Of a stretch of 43,915 nucleotides of DNA, positions 1 through 8,793 are shown in pieces (the stretch's first letter is position 1; every line of letters starts with the position of its first letter). The notes below the pieces were generated by a model that did no database searches, had not been told where the DNA came from, and was given only the letters and a program-made list of their open reading frames with translations. The position numbers and the translations under genes are program-made. The DNA is from a virus, in the IMG/VR virus record IMGVR_UViG_3300026383_000001, positions 1 through 43,915 of that record; one strand, given 5' to 3'.

Positions 1-127
1 GTCCAGCGCCTTGTTGCCAGTTGGTTTAACGGCAGCAGGAGCGGGCTTGTCTTTGTCCTCGGCGCTTGCAGGTACAGCCGGCACGTCGGCGGGCTTATCC
101 GCTGGCTTGTCTGCTGGTGTCTCGGTG
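1..127. repeat. Terminal overlap copy 1, identical to 43789..43915 (127 bp)
   Basis: Read by eye: bases 1-127 (gtccagcgccttgttgcc...gctggtgtctcggtg) recur exactly at the 3' end of the window. The repeat lies inside a coding region, so it is a circularisation overlap rather than a biological terminal repeat. Confidence 0.9.
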
Positions 128-276
128 TTACGAGCCTGCACTGCTTTCAGAATGTCATCCAGGGTAGGTTCCTTCGTCTGGACGGGAACATCGGGCACGC
201 CGGATACTTTCGTTTCCTGGAATGCGCCGGTACCTGGTTCTACTGGAGGCAGTTGGCCTGGTGCTAAATCACTCAT
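1..276 (-). CDS. Scaffolding protein, N-terminal segment (continues at 43788 downward through the circular junction)
   Basis: ATG at 276 overlaps the portal stop (ATGA). It translates MSDLAPGQLPPVEPGTGAFQETKVSG...PADKPADKPAD with no stop down to base 1. It is in frame (64 codons) with the ORF 43228..43872 through the 127-bp overlap, giving 278 aa in total. It sits between the portal and capsid genes, as in T7-like phages. Confidence 0.8.
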   Translation of the reverse strand, partial: MSDLAPGQLPPVEPGTGAFQETKVSGVPDVPVQTKEPTLDDILKAVQARNTETPADKPADKPADVPAVPASAEDKDKPAPAAVKPTGNKALD

Positions 277-1796
277 TGCATTTGTCCTTGAATTGCGTCG
301 GATACGTCCGCCAGGGAAGCATCGACTGGGTTAGGTTGTTGTTCTTGCGCTTGCTGCTTCTGCTGCAACTCTTCTTCGGTGTAGTAGAAGTCGTCCGGGT
401 TCAGCCCAACGCCCAGCAGCACCTTGTCCACAATCCTCTCCGGGTCGAACCGACCGCTCGATTGCGTGAGCGCAGGCATAACCACAGCCAGGACTTGAGC
501 AGCCTGTACCAGCTTATCGACATCAGCAGCGCGCCCCAGTGCCGCAGCACCAGTGAGTACGCTCAGCGTCAGACCGCCGGCCAGTAACTCCTCAATGAAT
601 TCAGGTGTATCTTCCCAGCACAGAATGTGTGCCAGTGGGATGTGCAGAGAATCTGCCAAGCTGGAGTACACGCCACCCAATGCGGATTCCGCCTCAGCTG
701 CGTTCTGCCGAATCTCTTCTGCAGTAACACGCTCGGCATCGCGCTGGTTAGCGACGTACAGGAACGAAGGGGAGATGCGATTGGTGATTGTCTCAAGTTC
801 GGCAGCCAGGGCCAGAATCTTGTTGTAGTCGCCAGCCTCATACGCTTGCACCGCGTTCGGGTCACCACTCACCCAGGCACCGGATTCCTCCTGCGCCATG
901 CTATCCACGTCAGCACCACTACCAGGTTTCGCCATGTGCAGGACGCGGCACGCCTCAATCTCATACAGCGCCAAGGCCTCAGAGAGGCTGGACAGCTTAG
1001 CGAAGTCGCCGGCGAAGTCTTCAATCAGACCGCGGCCGTAGGTTTCGCCTGTGATGAGGTTCCAGGTAACTGGGATGTACGGGCAGATAGCCTCGGGGTA
1101 TTCAGCAGTGCCACCCAGCATGATACCCTCAACCTGCTGCGTCACAACGAACACGTCGGTTACGGCTCGGGTCTGGCGGTGTATGCGGGTGTACAAGCAG
1201 ACGTTATCCGACAGGTCGCGCCCTTTGAAGTGCACGCCCAACTCTGCCGGCAGGCTACCGATGCTGATACGTTCCTTGAGAATCATATCGAGCACTTTAC
1301 CGGAGCCATCACGTAGCAGAGTGTACTGTCGGGTGCTGTAAGCGTGCAGGTTCCCTGTGTCGGAATCCCTGTACAGCAGCACGTTACCAGTTACAATCAG
1401 GAGTTTCATCGCTTGGACAAGCTGGTGATACGAGGACTTCAAGAAGATACGCTTATAGGCTCGGTTCTCCATTGCGGCCAGTGCGGAACCGACCTCTTTG
1501 GCTGTGACCGACAGGGCTGATGCCATGCCGTCAGTACCGATTGCGCTGTCAATGCGGAAGAAGGATTGCGTAGACGGGAACAGGATTCCCGCCAGCTTTG
1601 AAGCAAGATGATTTGAAAGTACAGCCCCAACGCTTTGGTAGTCTCGGGCTACGGTCTGACGCCTGCCATCAGTTCGCCAATCCTGGTCGGCGAAGAGAGC
1701 CGGTAAGCTCCACTTCGCGAACTCTTCGGTCTTGATGATATGCGTTTCGTCCTTGTACTTATCATAGAGACTTTCGTACGACCGGGCCCCGTTCAT
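273..1796 (-). CDS. Portal (head-tail connector) protein
   Basis: 507-aa ORF directly upstream of the scaffold and capsid genes, with the size and position of a T7 gp8-type connector. The start ATG shares a base with the upstream stop (TAATG). Confidence 0.85.
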   Translation of the reverse strand: MNGARSYESLYDKYKDETHIIKTEEFAKWSLPALFADQDWRTDGRRQTVARDYQSVGAVLSNHLASKLAGILFPSTQSFFRIDSAIGTDGMASALSVTAKEVGSALAAMENRAYKRIFLKSSYHQLVQAMKLLIVTGNVLLYRDSDTGNLHAYSTRQYTLLRDGSGKVLDMILKERISIGSLPAELGVHFKGRDLSDNVCLYTRIHRQTRAVTDVFVVTQQVEGIMLGGTAEYPEAICPYIPVTWNLITGETYGRGLIEDFAGDFAKLSSLSEALALYEIEACRVLHMAKPGSGADVDSMAQEESGAWVSGDPNAVQAYEAGDYNKILALAAELETITNRISPSFLYVANQRDAERVTAEEIRQNAAEAESALGGVYSSLADSLHIPLAHILCWEDTPEFIEELLAGGLTLSVLTGAAALGRAADVDKLVQAAQVLAVVMPALTQSSGRFDPERIVDKVLLGVGLNPDDFYYTEEELQQKQQAQEQQPNPVDASLADVSDAIQGQMQ

Positions 1797-2128
1797 TACA
1801 GGCCTAAGGAGGTTGAGATGCTACCGGCTCTGCGTTTCTTAACGGAGGTACCTGCAGCGTCCAATGCAGCAGCGGAGCCACCAGCATCGGTCTGTACGAT
1901 GTTCTCTGCCTGGGAATTCACGTCCAGGATGTTTGCGTTATTCTGTTGCGTCAGCTTGCGCTGGTTCGCATCACGGGCTGCTGCAGCGTCGCGCTCAGCG
2001 GCTGCTTTGTTGCCCAGGGTATCGGTACCCAGGTACTGGTCAAGGATACCGCCCGCGGTCTTACCCACGACTGGTACGTTCTTGACGACCTTACCGATGA
2101 TTTTACCTAATCCACCACCACCGCCCAT
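1796..2128 (-). CDS. Small Gly/Ala-rich protein upstream of the portal gene, probably virion-associated
   Basis: 110-aa ORF (MGGGGGLGKIIGK...KKRRAGSISTSLGL) coupled to the portal gene. Its position matches the small head/ejection proteins of T7-like phages. The function is inferred from position only. Confidence 0.5.
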   Translation of the reverse strand: MGGGGGLGKIIGKVVKNVPVVGKTAGGILDQYLGTDTLGNKAAAERDAAAARDANQRKLTQQNNANILDVNSQAENIVQTDAGGSAAALDAAGTSVKKRRAGSISTSLGL

Positions 2129-2129
2129 A

Positions 2130-2534
2130 TTAAATACTCCTGTATTCGATTTTAACTTCGCTGGGAGAGAGCCGCCGGGGAGTACTCACCCATGAACCAC
2201 CCTCAGCACGTATTAGCTCCTCGAGCGTTTTGGTTAGCTCTCGGAAAGCACCTGCCCTGCCTGGCACAACTGACATGGAGATTACGCTCCTGCCAGTGCC
2301 GGCATGATGCACGTCTCTCCGGGGAGGAGTGAACGTGATTGCCCCACAGTAAGTCTCTTCTTGGAAACAGGCGAGCAGAGGAATCTCTCCCTCATTCTCC
2401 AGGGTAGTCTCCAGGAACTCACGCTTGGTTAGCCCACAGCGGAGTTCCGGCCTGTAGTCCCATGCGATGCTTGCACCGAGCAATAAGCTGTGCAGGTCAC
2501 CCTCTGGGTAGTGAATTACCTTGAATTTCGACAA
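2130..2534 (-). CDS. Hypothetical protein, possibly GNAT-fold acetyltransferase
   Basis: 134-aa ORF with a TTG start 6 nt after AGGAG. The segment VVPGRAGAFRELTKTLEELIRAEGG weakly resembles GNAT motif A. The functional call is weak. Confidence 0.55.
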   Translation of the reverse strand: MSKFKVIHYPEGDLHSLLLGASIAWDYRPELRCGLTKREFLETTLENEGEIPLLACFQEETYCGAITFTPPRRDVHHAGTGRSVISMSVVPGRAGAFRELTKTLEELIRAEGGSWVSTPRRLSPSEVKIEYRSI

Positions 2535-2697
2535 TCTGAACTCCTATGTTACTCAACGTTTTAAGATGAGCTAACACGCTACGTTGTCCAGTATTGTACT
2601 GTAACTCACCATAACTCATACCCATAGAGGTTATCTCAGGGAACATCCTCTCTAAGTATGCTACTTGTTCAGCAGTGAATCTTACTCTCTTACTCAT
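2497..2697 (-). CDS. Hypothetical small protein, first gene after late promoter P1
   Basis: The ORF is open from 2778, but the ATG at 2697 (MSKRVRFTAEQVAYLERMF...) follows GAGG at good spacing, whereas the TTG/ATG at 2778/2775 has no SD. The start is uncertain. Confidence 0.5.
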   Translation of the reverse strand: MSKRVRFTAEQVAYLERMFPEITSMGMSYGELQYNTGQRSVLAHLKTLSNIGVQIVEIQGNSLPRG

Positions 2698-2793
2698 AGT
2701 TACCTCTGAGTCTGCGCTGACTCGTTCGCCCTTCATCTCAATAGATACATCACACTTGGAAGAGGGAAGCCGCATCAAGTACAGTCACTTCCC

Positions 2794-2820
2794 ATCTCCC
2801 CTTAGAGTGATACACTAAAT
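2794..2820 (-). promoter_or_regulatory. Phage RNAP promoter candidate P1 (late genes)
   Basis: The minus strand reads ATTTAGTGTATCACTCTAAGGGGAGAT. It is laid out like T7 promoters (…CACTATAGGGAGA), lies in the gap right after the RNAP gene, and shares a 13-15 nt core with two other copies. Confidence 0.7.
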
Positions 2821-2823
2821 ATT

Positions 2824-5277
2824 TTAGCACATAAAGAACTCAGAATCCAGTACCTTGCGAATGTCCAAAGTACCCTTGACCGGACGCTGAATCTCTTCAC
2901 CGGACATTGCTTCTACCGACTTCGACAAGTCCTCGATTGGGTCATGCTCCTGGTACATCCGAACGAACGTACTACGCAGCACAACGTGCATTGCATCGAC
3001 GTCACAGGCATGAGTAGCGAATGAGTCGTGAACAGGAATCAAGTCGGTGTCTTCGTCCACGAACTCATCTACCGTAAACACCAGGTGAGAGGAGTCCAAG
3101 CCGTGGGTGAAGTTCGGCGAGATACCGTTAATGCACTTGGCCCGGTTCAGCAGGCTGTCGTTGAAGCGGGTCATAACCAGCTGAGTGTTCGTACCGTGCA
3201 GGTGCACACGTACCGATTCCTCCTGGGCGTAGTGCTGCACCATCGGGAACCCGGCTGGAGAAATATGACGAATCGCTTCATTTGCCGGCATCTTCCCAGC
3301 AAGTTCACGCAAGTAACGCATCACTTCCGCTACTGCAGGAACCGCCTGCTCGATACCACTACGCAGGTTCCGGGACAGGTATGCGGCCAACTTGAACGGG
3401 CTGAACAGTTCCTCGGTCGGCAGCTCGCGCTCCACCATATCCAGGTACACGTACTCGGTGCAGCTCTGCAGCGTGCCACCGTATACGTACGTCATCACAG
3501 GGCGCTTAGCCATGCTACGCGGCACGCCGTTGTGTACCCAGTACTGGGCCTGGACTGCGTTATCCTTGTCCTTCTGGATGCGGCTCACAGCGATTGCTGC
3601 TACGCCGGCGTAAATGTCCTCTTTCTCGTCGCCATTGTTCGGCAGCAAGTTCGTGAACATACCACCAACCGTATCGCGCAGCGCGGCACTCAGGTGCTGC
3701 ATACCGGAACAGGTTGCATCCATCGCCACCGGTACATCCGACATGTGGTCTTCCGGGTTCCCGCTGTCCAGGGCTTCCAGCAAGTCCTTAGCGGCCACGT
3801 AGAAACACCACGGGGAGTCTGCACCCTTGAAGAAGTCCGAGTCGATGTGGTTCGCTACAGCATCTCGCAGCTGCTCGATGTGCTCGTCAGTCCAAGCGGC
3901 ACGCAGTACGTTCAGCTTCTTGTCGAAACCGTACGTCGTTGCTACGTGAACCTTCAACCAGAATAGGCCACGCTTACCCAGGCGCTTCTTACGAGCGAAA
4001 CGCAGAGCTGCTTTCACGCAGTCAGAACTCTGTGGGTTGATACGTGAACGGAAGTACAGGCGGCCGCGCCAGTCGAAGTACGTCGGGAAATACAGAGTGT
4101 CGTCGCTGTACTCACGCATGTACTTGATTGTCTGGCTAAAAGCAATGACGTGTGCTTTACGCTCACGCTCATCATTGTACGCCTGTCGGGCCAACGCCTT
4201 CCACATGTTGTGCTGCTCGTTCAGCTCCTCATCTTCCCTGTCCCAGTCTTTCGGCAGCGGATACTCCGGCGCTTTGATAGGAGTCATGGACGGGATGCCC
4301 ACTACAGCCTTTGTACGAGGCACAGCGAAGAGGTCACGCAGTAAGCTGACCAGCCCTACGTCTACCTTGTATGGCACCTGTGCGGCCTTGTTAGCGGCTC
4401 TCAGGGCCAGGTCAGAGATGTTCTCCCGGATGTACCGGCGGTGGTCGGCACGGCGGGTACGCAGACGGATGGTGCCGGATAGGTTTGCCATCTCTGGATG
4501 AACGTACGATGCGCCATTGAACAACGTCTCACGGGTGTGCTCACGCGGCCTAATCAGCATTGGCGGGAACTTCGTGAACGCTTTCAGTGAACCGGACAGC
4601 GAGTTGATTTGGTCAGCAATCAGGTCAGATGGGGTGACCACAACCCAGTGCTGGCCGCCGCCTTTCGGCACGTGCTCAAGCACCACCACGCCGGCGTTAA
4701 CCATCTGCTCCAGGATGAGCTTACCAACCGCATCGCGCTCGGCCGGTGACCACAGCACGTCTGTGCTTTCCAGGCCGACGTTGTTCGCTGACGCGGAGAA
4801 CGTACGCTTACGGTGGTTCGCGGAGCGGGTGTTCGCATCCCGCAGTGACTCTGCCACACGGCGCATGTACCCAGGGGCGGCCAGCGACAGCTTAGAGAAC
4901 ATGTGCTCCAGCTCAGCGTCTGCACCAGCCTTGCTGATGAACGCCTGGGCCAGCTCCGGCAGCGCCTGGGAGTTCGCTGTGCGAATCTTCCCGAACATAC
5001 CCAGCGCAGTACGGATGCCGATTACTGCAACCTTCTCCACGCCAATCTCCCGCAGGAGTTGGTTGTACTTCCCACCAATCCCGCGGGTTTTCTGTGCGAG
5101 GCGTTGCTCAACTGTACCCTTGACCAGCGTAAACAATTTCGCTGCAAGTACACGCCCCACGCCGGTATCGGCCATGCGGCCTGCTGCTTGCTCTTTCTCC
5201 CAGTGTGCCAGGGCATCTGCGATACCCTGCGTTGTGTACTCTTGCTCAATCTCGAACTGACGCTGCTCTAAAGTCAT
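2824..5277 (-). CDS. Single-subunit DNA-directed RNA polymerase (T7-like)
   Basis: 817 aa. Motifs DATCSGMQH (T7 DGSCSGIQH), RSMAKRPVMTYVYGGT (T7 RSVTKRSVMTLAYGS) and PVHDSFATH (T7 IHDSFGT). Located at the end of the DNA-metabolism block, as in phiKMV-like phages. Confidence 0.97.
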   Translation of the reverse strand: MTLEQRQFEIEQEYTTQGIADALAHWEKEQAAGRMADTGVGRVLAAKLFTLVKGTVEQRLAQKTRGIGGKYNQLLREIGVEKVAVIGIRTALGMFGKIRTANSQALPELAQAFISKAGADAELEHMFSKLSLAAPGYMRRVAESLRDANTRSANHRKRTFSASANNVGLESTDVLWSPAERDAVGKLILEQMVNAGVVVLEHVPKGGGQHWVVVTPSDLIADQINSLSGSLKAFTKFPPMLIRPREHTRETLFNGASYVHPEMANLSGTIRLRTRRADHRRYIRENISDLALRAANKAAQVPYKVDVGLVSLLRDLFAVPRTKAVVGIPSMTPIKAPEYPLPKDWDREDEELNEQHNMWKALARQAYNDERERKAHVIAFSQTIKYMREYSDDTLYFPTYFDWRGRLYFRSRINPQSSDCVKAALRFARKKRLGKRGLFWLKVHVATTYGFDKKLNVLRAAWTDEHIEQLRDAVANHIDSDFFKGADSPWCFYVAAKDLLEALDSGNPEDHMSDVPVAMDATCSGMQHLSAALRDTVGGMFTNLLPNNGDEKEDIYAGVAAIAVSRIQKDKDNAVQAQYWVHNGVPRSMAKRPVMTYVYGGTLQSCTEYVYLDMVERELPTEELFSPFKLAAYLSRNLRSGIEQAVPAVAEVMRYLRELAGKMPANEAIRHISPAGFPMVQHYAQEESVRVHLHGTNTQLVMTRFNDSLLNRAKCINGISPNFTHGLDSSHLVFTVDEFVDEDTDLIPVHDSFATHACDVDAMHVVLRSTFVRMYQEHDPIEDLSKSVEAMSGEEIQRPVKGTLDIRKVLDSEFFMC

Positions 5278-5284
5278 TACTACC

Positions 5285-5455
5285 TCACAGGAACAATGAA
5301 CGACGGGCCAGCACGGCCCGGTGCACTCTCACGTAATCTTTCGTCTTAGACGCCCGCATCAGCATACGGGCGGTGGTCAGGTCGCCCTGGTCAACCAGGG
5401 CTAACACTTTATCTAGTAACTCATCAGTGCCTTTCTCGTCATCAAACTTTAACAC
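5285..5455 (-). CDS. Hypothetical small protein
   Basis: The ORF is open from 5497, but the GTG at 5455 lies 6 nt after GGAGG and reduces the overlap with the upstream gene to 14 nt. Confidence 0.5.
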   Translation of the reverse strand: MLKFDDEKGTDELLDKVLALVDQGDLTTARMLMRASKTKDYVRVHRAVLARRSLFL

Positions 5456-5780
5456 GCCGCGCCTCCAGTTCCAGAATGAATAGGGCATTACAGGCAACGT
5501 GCGCCAGGTGGCTCATACCACTTTCCGGGTCAGTAGCTTCCCCTTTACCAATTGCGGTCAGATGACGCAGCAGTGCGGCCAGGTACCGGTCATCACCATT
5601 AGGTACAGTCTGCCAGCTATGGGCAGCGTACTTCTTGGCTCCGAAGGTTAGGACGCTGGCTACCTGCTCTAGGGCGTTAGGGCAGCCCTGCACCAGCAGC
5701 TCCATACGTGGTTTGTCGCCATCGTACTTCATACCCGTGCCAGTGAAGTTGTCGCCTTTGAGGTTATAAGGTGCTGTCAT
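5442..5780 (-). CDS. dATP/dGTP pyrophosphohydrolase-type (MazG-like) domain protein
   Basis: 112 aa with KYDGDKPRMELL...LTFGAKKYAAHSW...DRYLAALLRHL...ESGMSHLAHVACNALF, the pattern of the phage dNTP pyrophosphohydrolase family. ATGA coupling with the upstream gene. Confidence 0.7.
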   Translation of the reverse strand: MTAPYNLKGDNFTGTGMKYDGDKPRMELLVQGCPNALEQVASVLTFGAKKYAAHSWQTVPNGDDRYLAALLRHLTAIGKGEATDPESGMSHLAHVACNALFILELEARRVKV

Positions 5781-6259
5781 TTGTCTACTCCATGTGATTT
5801 AAGGTCGTTACGCTGCTCAGTGTACTCGGTAACCAGGTGGCATGTCAAGCCCAGGCTACGCATGTGACTGGCTACCTGTGGTAGGTCGTCGAAGCAGCAT
5901 AGGATACGGTCGAGGCCTAGCTTGCGCAGGTATTCTTCCTTGATTACTGTGTCCTTGCGGTTGTCGGTTGCCTCACGCATCTTCATGTGGTCGTACTGGA
6001 TACCGTGTTTGTCCAGCCAATCCTCGGTCATGTCGCGGGCAATATCGCTCCGGCCTGTCAGGATTACCGTGATGTACCCGGCCTTGTGCAGTTCCTGCAT
6101 TAGCCGGATGTTATCCTGGATTGGGTTGTCGGCCCAACTGGCTAAGTTGAACTCTTCCCAACTTTCGGTCAGGTGTAAGTCCTCAGTAGGCAACAGGTGC
6201 AGGCGGTGTTTACCACAAGCCAGGGTACCGTCCAAATCCCAAATGATAATGTCTTTCAT
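5777..6259 (-). CDS. HAD-superfamily phosphatase (5'-nucleotidase / polynucleotide 3'-phosphatase-like)
   Basis: Motifs IWDLDGTL (motif I), ILTGRS (motif II) and CFDDLP (motif IV). The ATG at 6259 follows GGAAGGAA. The track ORF extends to 6277. Confidence 0.75.
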   Translation of the reverse strand: MKDIIIWDLDGTLACGKHRLHLLPTEDLHLTESWEEFNLASWADNPIQDNIRLMQELHKAGYITVILTGRSDIARDMTEDWLDKHGIQYDHMKMREATDNRKDTVIKEEYLRKLGLDRILCCFDDLPQVASHMRSLGLTCHLVTEYTEQRNDLKSHGVDK

Positions 6260-6366
6260 AAACCGCGTTCCTTCCACATAGTATACAGGGTGATGTAGTC
6301 AGGGTTGAGTGTGGCGTCGTACTGCGCACGGCACCACTCAGAAGGCAGGATGTACTCAGGCACCAA
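6256..6366 (-). CDS. Candidate 36-aa ORF filling the 6278-6355 gap
   Basis: TTG (6366) or GTG (6363) start 7 nt after GAGGGG. Translates (M)VPEYILPSEWCRAQYDATLNPDYITLYTMWKERGL. Its TGA overlaps the ATG of the HAD gene (ATGA). Below the 60-aa cutoff of the ORF track. Confidence 0.4.
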   Translation of the reverse strand: MVPEYILPSEWCRAQYDATLNPDYITLYTMWKERGL

Positions 6367-7315
6367 TCCAGCGCCCCTCAGAATCTAAAACCATAGGGAT
6401 GTTCACTGGTACGCCGTCGATAATCATGAGCACGCCCAGGATAGGCTTGCGTGGGAACACTCGGCCATAAGCGAACGCCAGGCTGTCCTTGTCAATCAAG
6501 CAGCCGGTGTACGCCCCGAAGAACAGACGCATGGATGTAGCGCCGTATGAGCTGCCAAATTTCCCATGCTCGTGCCCGACCACAAGGTTGCAGCCCTCCG
6601 CAGCCGCAGCAGTGAGGGCATCACCACCACCGGTCTGGTGACGGAACAAGACTGGGCCAGCAGGAGTATTGATTTTCCAGTTGAATGACCACGACCAATC
6701 GCGAGCCGAATGCTCAGGGAATAGGATTTCCCGATACGATTTGATGAACTGTACAGGTAGCCCCGAGAACTTAGCACGTCGATATACAAGCGAGCCATGA
6801 TTGGAGTGACATACCAGCATTTGCGGAAATTCATCATGGAGCTCCTTGAGTTGTGCCTTGGCTTTCTCCAGCTCTACGCCGGCACTGTCAAGGTTCGGGT
6901 CAGATTCGTGGAAGCTGATTGCGTGGCCGTCGGTTTCATCACCAACCTGCACGAAGCAATCCGGGTTGTACTCATGCTTGATGTGACGCAGAAACGCCAT
7001 CGTGTCTGGGTGCCAGTACGGGCAGTGCAGGTCACCGATAACCATCAGGCGGCGCGCTGTATCCGGTACCCAGGCAGTGTTGCCAACATCATCACCCGGC
7101 GACGGGGTACGCAGCTCACGGTTGCTCATGATTGCTGCATCAGCCTTCGCCTTCGTACCGACATCCAGGAAGATTTTACGCCAGTATGTGCAGTTTTGGC
7201 GGGTGACGGGTTGCTGCATTGCAGCAGAGTAAATCTCAGCAGCGTCCGCGTCGTTAGGGTAGCGAGTCAGGATGTCAACGTGTTGCTCTTTAGTTACCAT
7301 TTTGATTAAGCGCAT
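6356..7315 (-). CDS. Calcineurin-like metallophosphoesterase (putative DNA exonuclease)
   Basis: 319 aa with GDLHCPYWH, VGDETDGH, HSNHG and GHEHG, the metal-binding motif series of the metallophosphoesterase/Mre11-like fold. Confidence 0.75.
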   Translation of the reverse strand: MRLIKMVTKEQHVDILTRYPNDADAAEIYSAAMQQPVTRQNCTYWRKIFLDVGTKAKADAAIMSNRELRTPSPGDDVGNTAWVPDTARRLMVIGDLHCPYWHPDTMAFLRHIKHEYNPDCFVQVGDETDGHAISFHESDPNLDSAGVELEKAKAQLKELHDEFPQMLVCHSNHGSLVYRRAKFSGLPVQFIKSYREILFPEHSARDWSWSFNWKINTPAGPVLFRHQTGGGDALTAAAAEGCNLVVGHEHGKFGSSYGATSMRLFFGAYTGCLIDKDSLAFAYGRVFPRKPILGVLMIIDGVPVNIPMVLDSEGRWIGA

Positions 7316-7316
7316 A

Positions 7317-7763
7317 TTATTTCCATACTTGATTTAATATGATTGCCGACACCAGTTGTGGCGACACATTGAAACGACGGGCCATAGCGGCGCGGCCGAA
7401 CTCTCTACTCCGAGAAACGCAGTGCTCTCGGATGTACTGAACCTCTTCTGCAGTAAGCGTTGCACGGTAGTGCTGCTCACCACGAGGCCCTGCCCAGGTG
7501 GCTCCGTGCGGATGGCGGCCTTTCTGTACCTTGTCGGCCACGTTGTCCGCGTGGGTGCCCAAGGACAGGTGCAGCGGGTTTACGCATAGCTTGTTGTCGC
7601 AGCTGTGCATAACCACACCACCCATAGAGAACACATCCAGACCGTTTGCCTGGGCATAGGCTAATCTATGCGCCAGGACTTGCTTGTTCTGATGTTGGGT
7701 GTAGCAGTAGCCGTGTGTGCCTGGTTTCCCCGGCCCGTTTATACAAGGCTCAATCAATCGCAT
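7317..7763 (-). CDS. HNH homing endonuclease (HNH_3 type)
   Basis: Motifs HRLAY...HSCDNKLCVNPLHLSLGTHADN. Free-standing between replication genes. SD GAGGG. Confidence 0.8.
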   Translation of the reverse strand: MRLIEPCINGPGKPGTHGYCYTQHQNKQVLAHRLAYAQANGLDVFSMGGVVMHSCDNKLCVNPLHLSLGTHADNVADKVQKGRHPHGATWAGPRGEQHYRATLTAEEVQYIREHCVSRSREFGRAAMARRFNVSPQLVSAIILNQVWK

Positions 7764-7968
7764 GGATACCCTCGTTACGTAGAATTGCTTTCGCGTATTT
7801 AATTGCTTGTTGTTTGTTCAAGTACACATCGTGCGTGCCGACTCCCCCAAGGGACACGCCTGGCCTATCCGTCTGATGCAGGCTGTAATCTCCGTCGGAG
7901 TACCCATGCAGCCGGGTGGCGTACAATTCGCTTCCTGTGACGTATTCGTCATCAATTCGTACTGTCAT
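7750..7968 (-). CDS. Hypothetical protein
   Basis: 72-aa ORF with SD AAGGAAA and an ATGA overlap with the endonuclease VII stop. Confidence 0.6.
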   Translation of the reverse strand: MTVRIDDEYVTGSELYATRLHGYSDGDYSLHQTDRPGVSLGGVGTHDVYLNKQQAIKYAKAILRNEGIHAID

Positions 7969-8387
7969 GCGGATTTCCTTACCACCTGCCGAGCCTTGCG
8001 CTCTGCACGCCGGCGACGCTCTGTAGCGTTCCGGGCGACACGCTGCTCATCGGCGGTCTTGTGGGTTGGGTAAATGTAAGGGTGCTCTGGGAGTTTGTAG
8101 TAGGCTACAGCGCGCTCTATCCAAGGCACCATAGCCTCATAGGTCATAGACTTACAACCCCAACGCCCTACAGCGTGCTCCATCTTACCGAGGGCCGCAT
8201 TGCAGGAGCGGTGTAAGACACCCCGCACTCTGCCTGTGATGTGGTTGTGGTCGCAGACTGCCTCGCCCTTTATACTCATATCAATGGGCAGGGCACAGAC
8301 GGGGCAGTTCCCGCCCTGCTCTTTCAGTAGCCGCATTACCAGCGGCCTCAGTTGGCTACGGGTTAACTTGCGTGCGTTGTTGTCCAT
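7965..8387 (-). CDS. Endonuclease VII (Holliday-junction resolvase type)
   Basis: Motifs CPVCALP...CDHNHITGRVRGVLHRSCNAALGK, the endonuclease VII Zn/HNH signature. The ATG at 8387 follows AGGA. The track ORF begins at the TTG at 8393. Confidence 0.85.
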   Translation of the reverse strand: MDNNARKLTRSQLRPLVMRLLKEQGGNCPVCALPIDMSIKGEAVCDHNHITGRVRGVLHRSCNAALGKMEHAVGRWGCKSMTYEAMVPWIERAVAYYKLPEHPYIYPTHKTADEQRVARNATERRRRAERKARQVVRKSA

Positions 8388-8793
8388 GTACAATCCTGAA
8401 TACTTGTGAAGTGCTCAAGCCGTAACAGCGTGCCAGTGACGGCAAACCATGCTCACGACTACCCTTTACATAGCGCTGGCGGATACGCTGTACTATATCG
8501 TCCTCTACCACTGTACGCCCGTTAGCTGCGCCAAAGTTCCGGTTATCACCCTGCCGGCCTCGCTCCCGGCAATCCCTCATGTTGTCTATTTGAGTACCGC
8601 CAACTAGGTGCTCTGGGTTGATACAACGTGGGTTATCGCAGGTGTGGCGAACCACCTCAGGCAGCTCACCGGTGTGCTGGTAGTAGACTGCGCGGTGCTT
8701 GGTAGTGGTGAACTTCCGCCCATTTACTGTAAGCCAGGCGGTTGCATAACCCATACCGTACCCCTTGCAGCCGTGGTCTTTACACTCGGTCAT
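8356..8793 (-). CDS. HNH homing endonuclease (HNH_3 type)
   Basis: Motifs HRAVY...HTCDNPRCINPEHLVGGTQIDN, with the same architecture as 7317..7763. SD GAGGA. Confidence 0.8.
   Translation of the reverse strand: MTECKDHGCKGYGMGYATAWLTVNGRKFTTTKHRAVYYQHTGELPEVVRHTCDNPRCINPEHLVGGTQIDNMRDCRERGRQGDNRNFGAANGRTVVEDDIVQRIRQRYVKGSREHGLPSLARCYGLSTSQVFRIVHGQQRTQVNP

Noticed and set aside
1-127. Possible biological direct terminal repeat of the phage
   Set aside because: The repeat sits within the scaffold coding frame, and joining the two copies restores a continuous gene. This is typical of a circular-assembly overlap.
3028-3966. Long plus-strand ORFs throughout the window (for example 3028..3966, 30425..31432, 34628..35773 and 42324..43139)
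   Set aside because: They lie antisense to strongly supported minus-strand genes (RNAP, tail fibre, internal virion protein, capsid). They have Arg/Val/His-rich shadow-frame composition and lack SD sequences. No plus-strand gene is supported.
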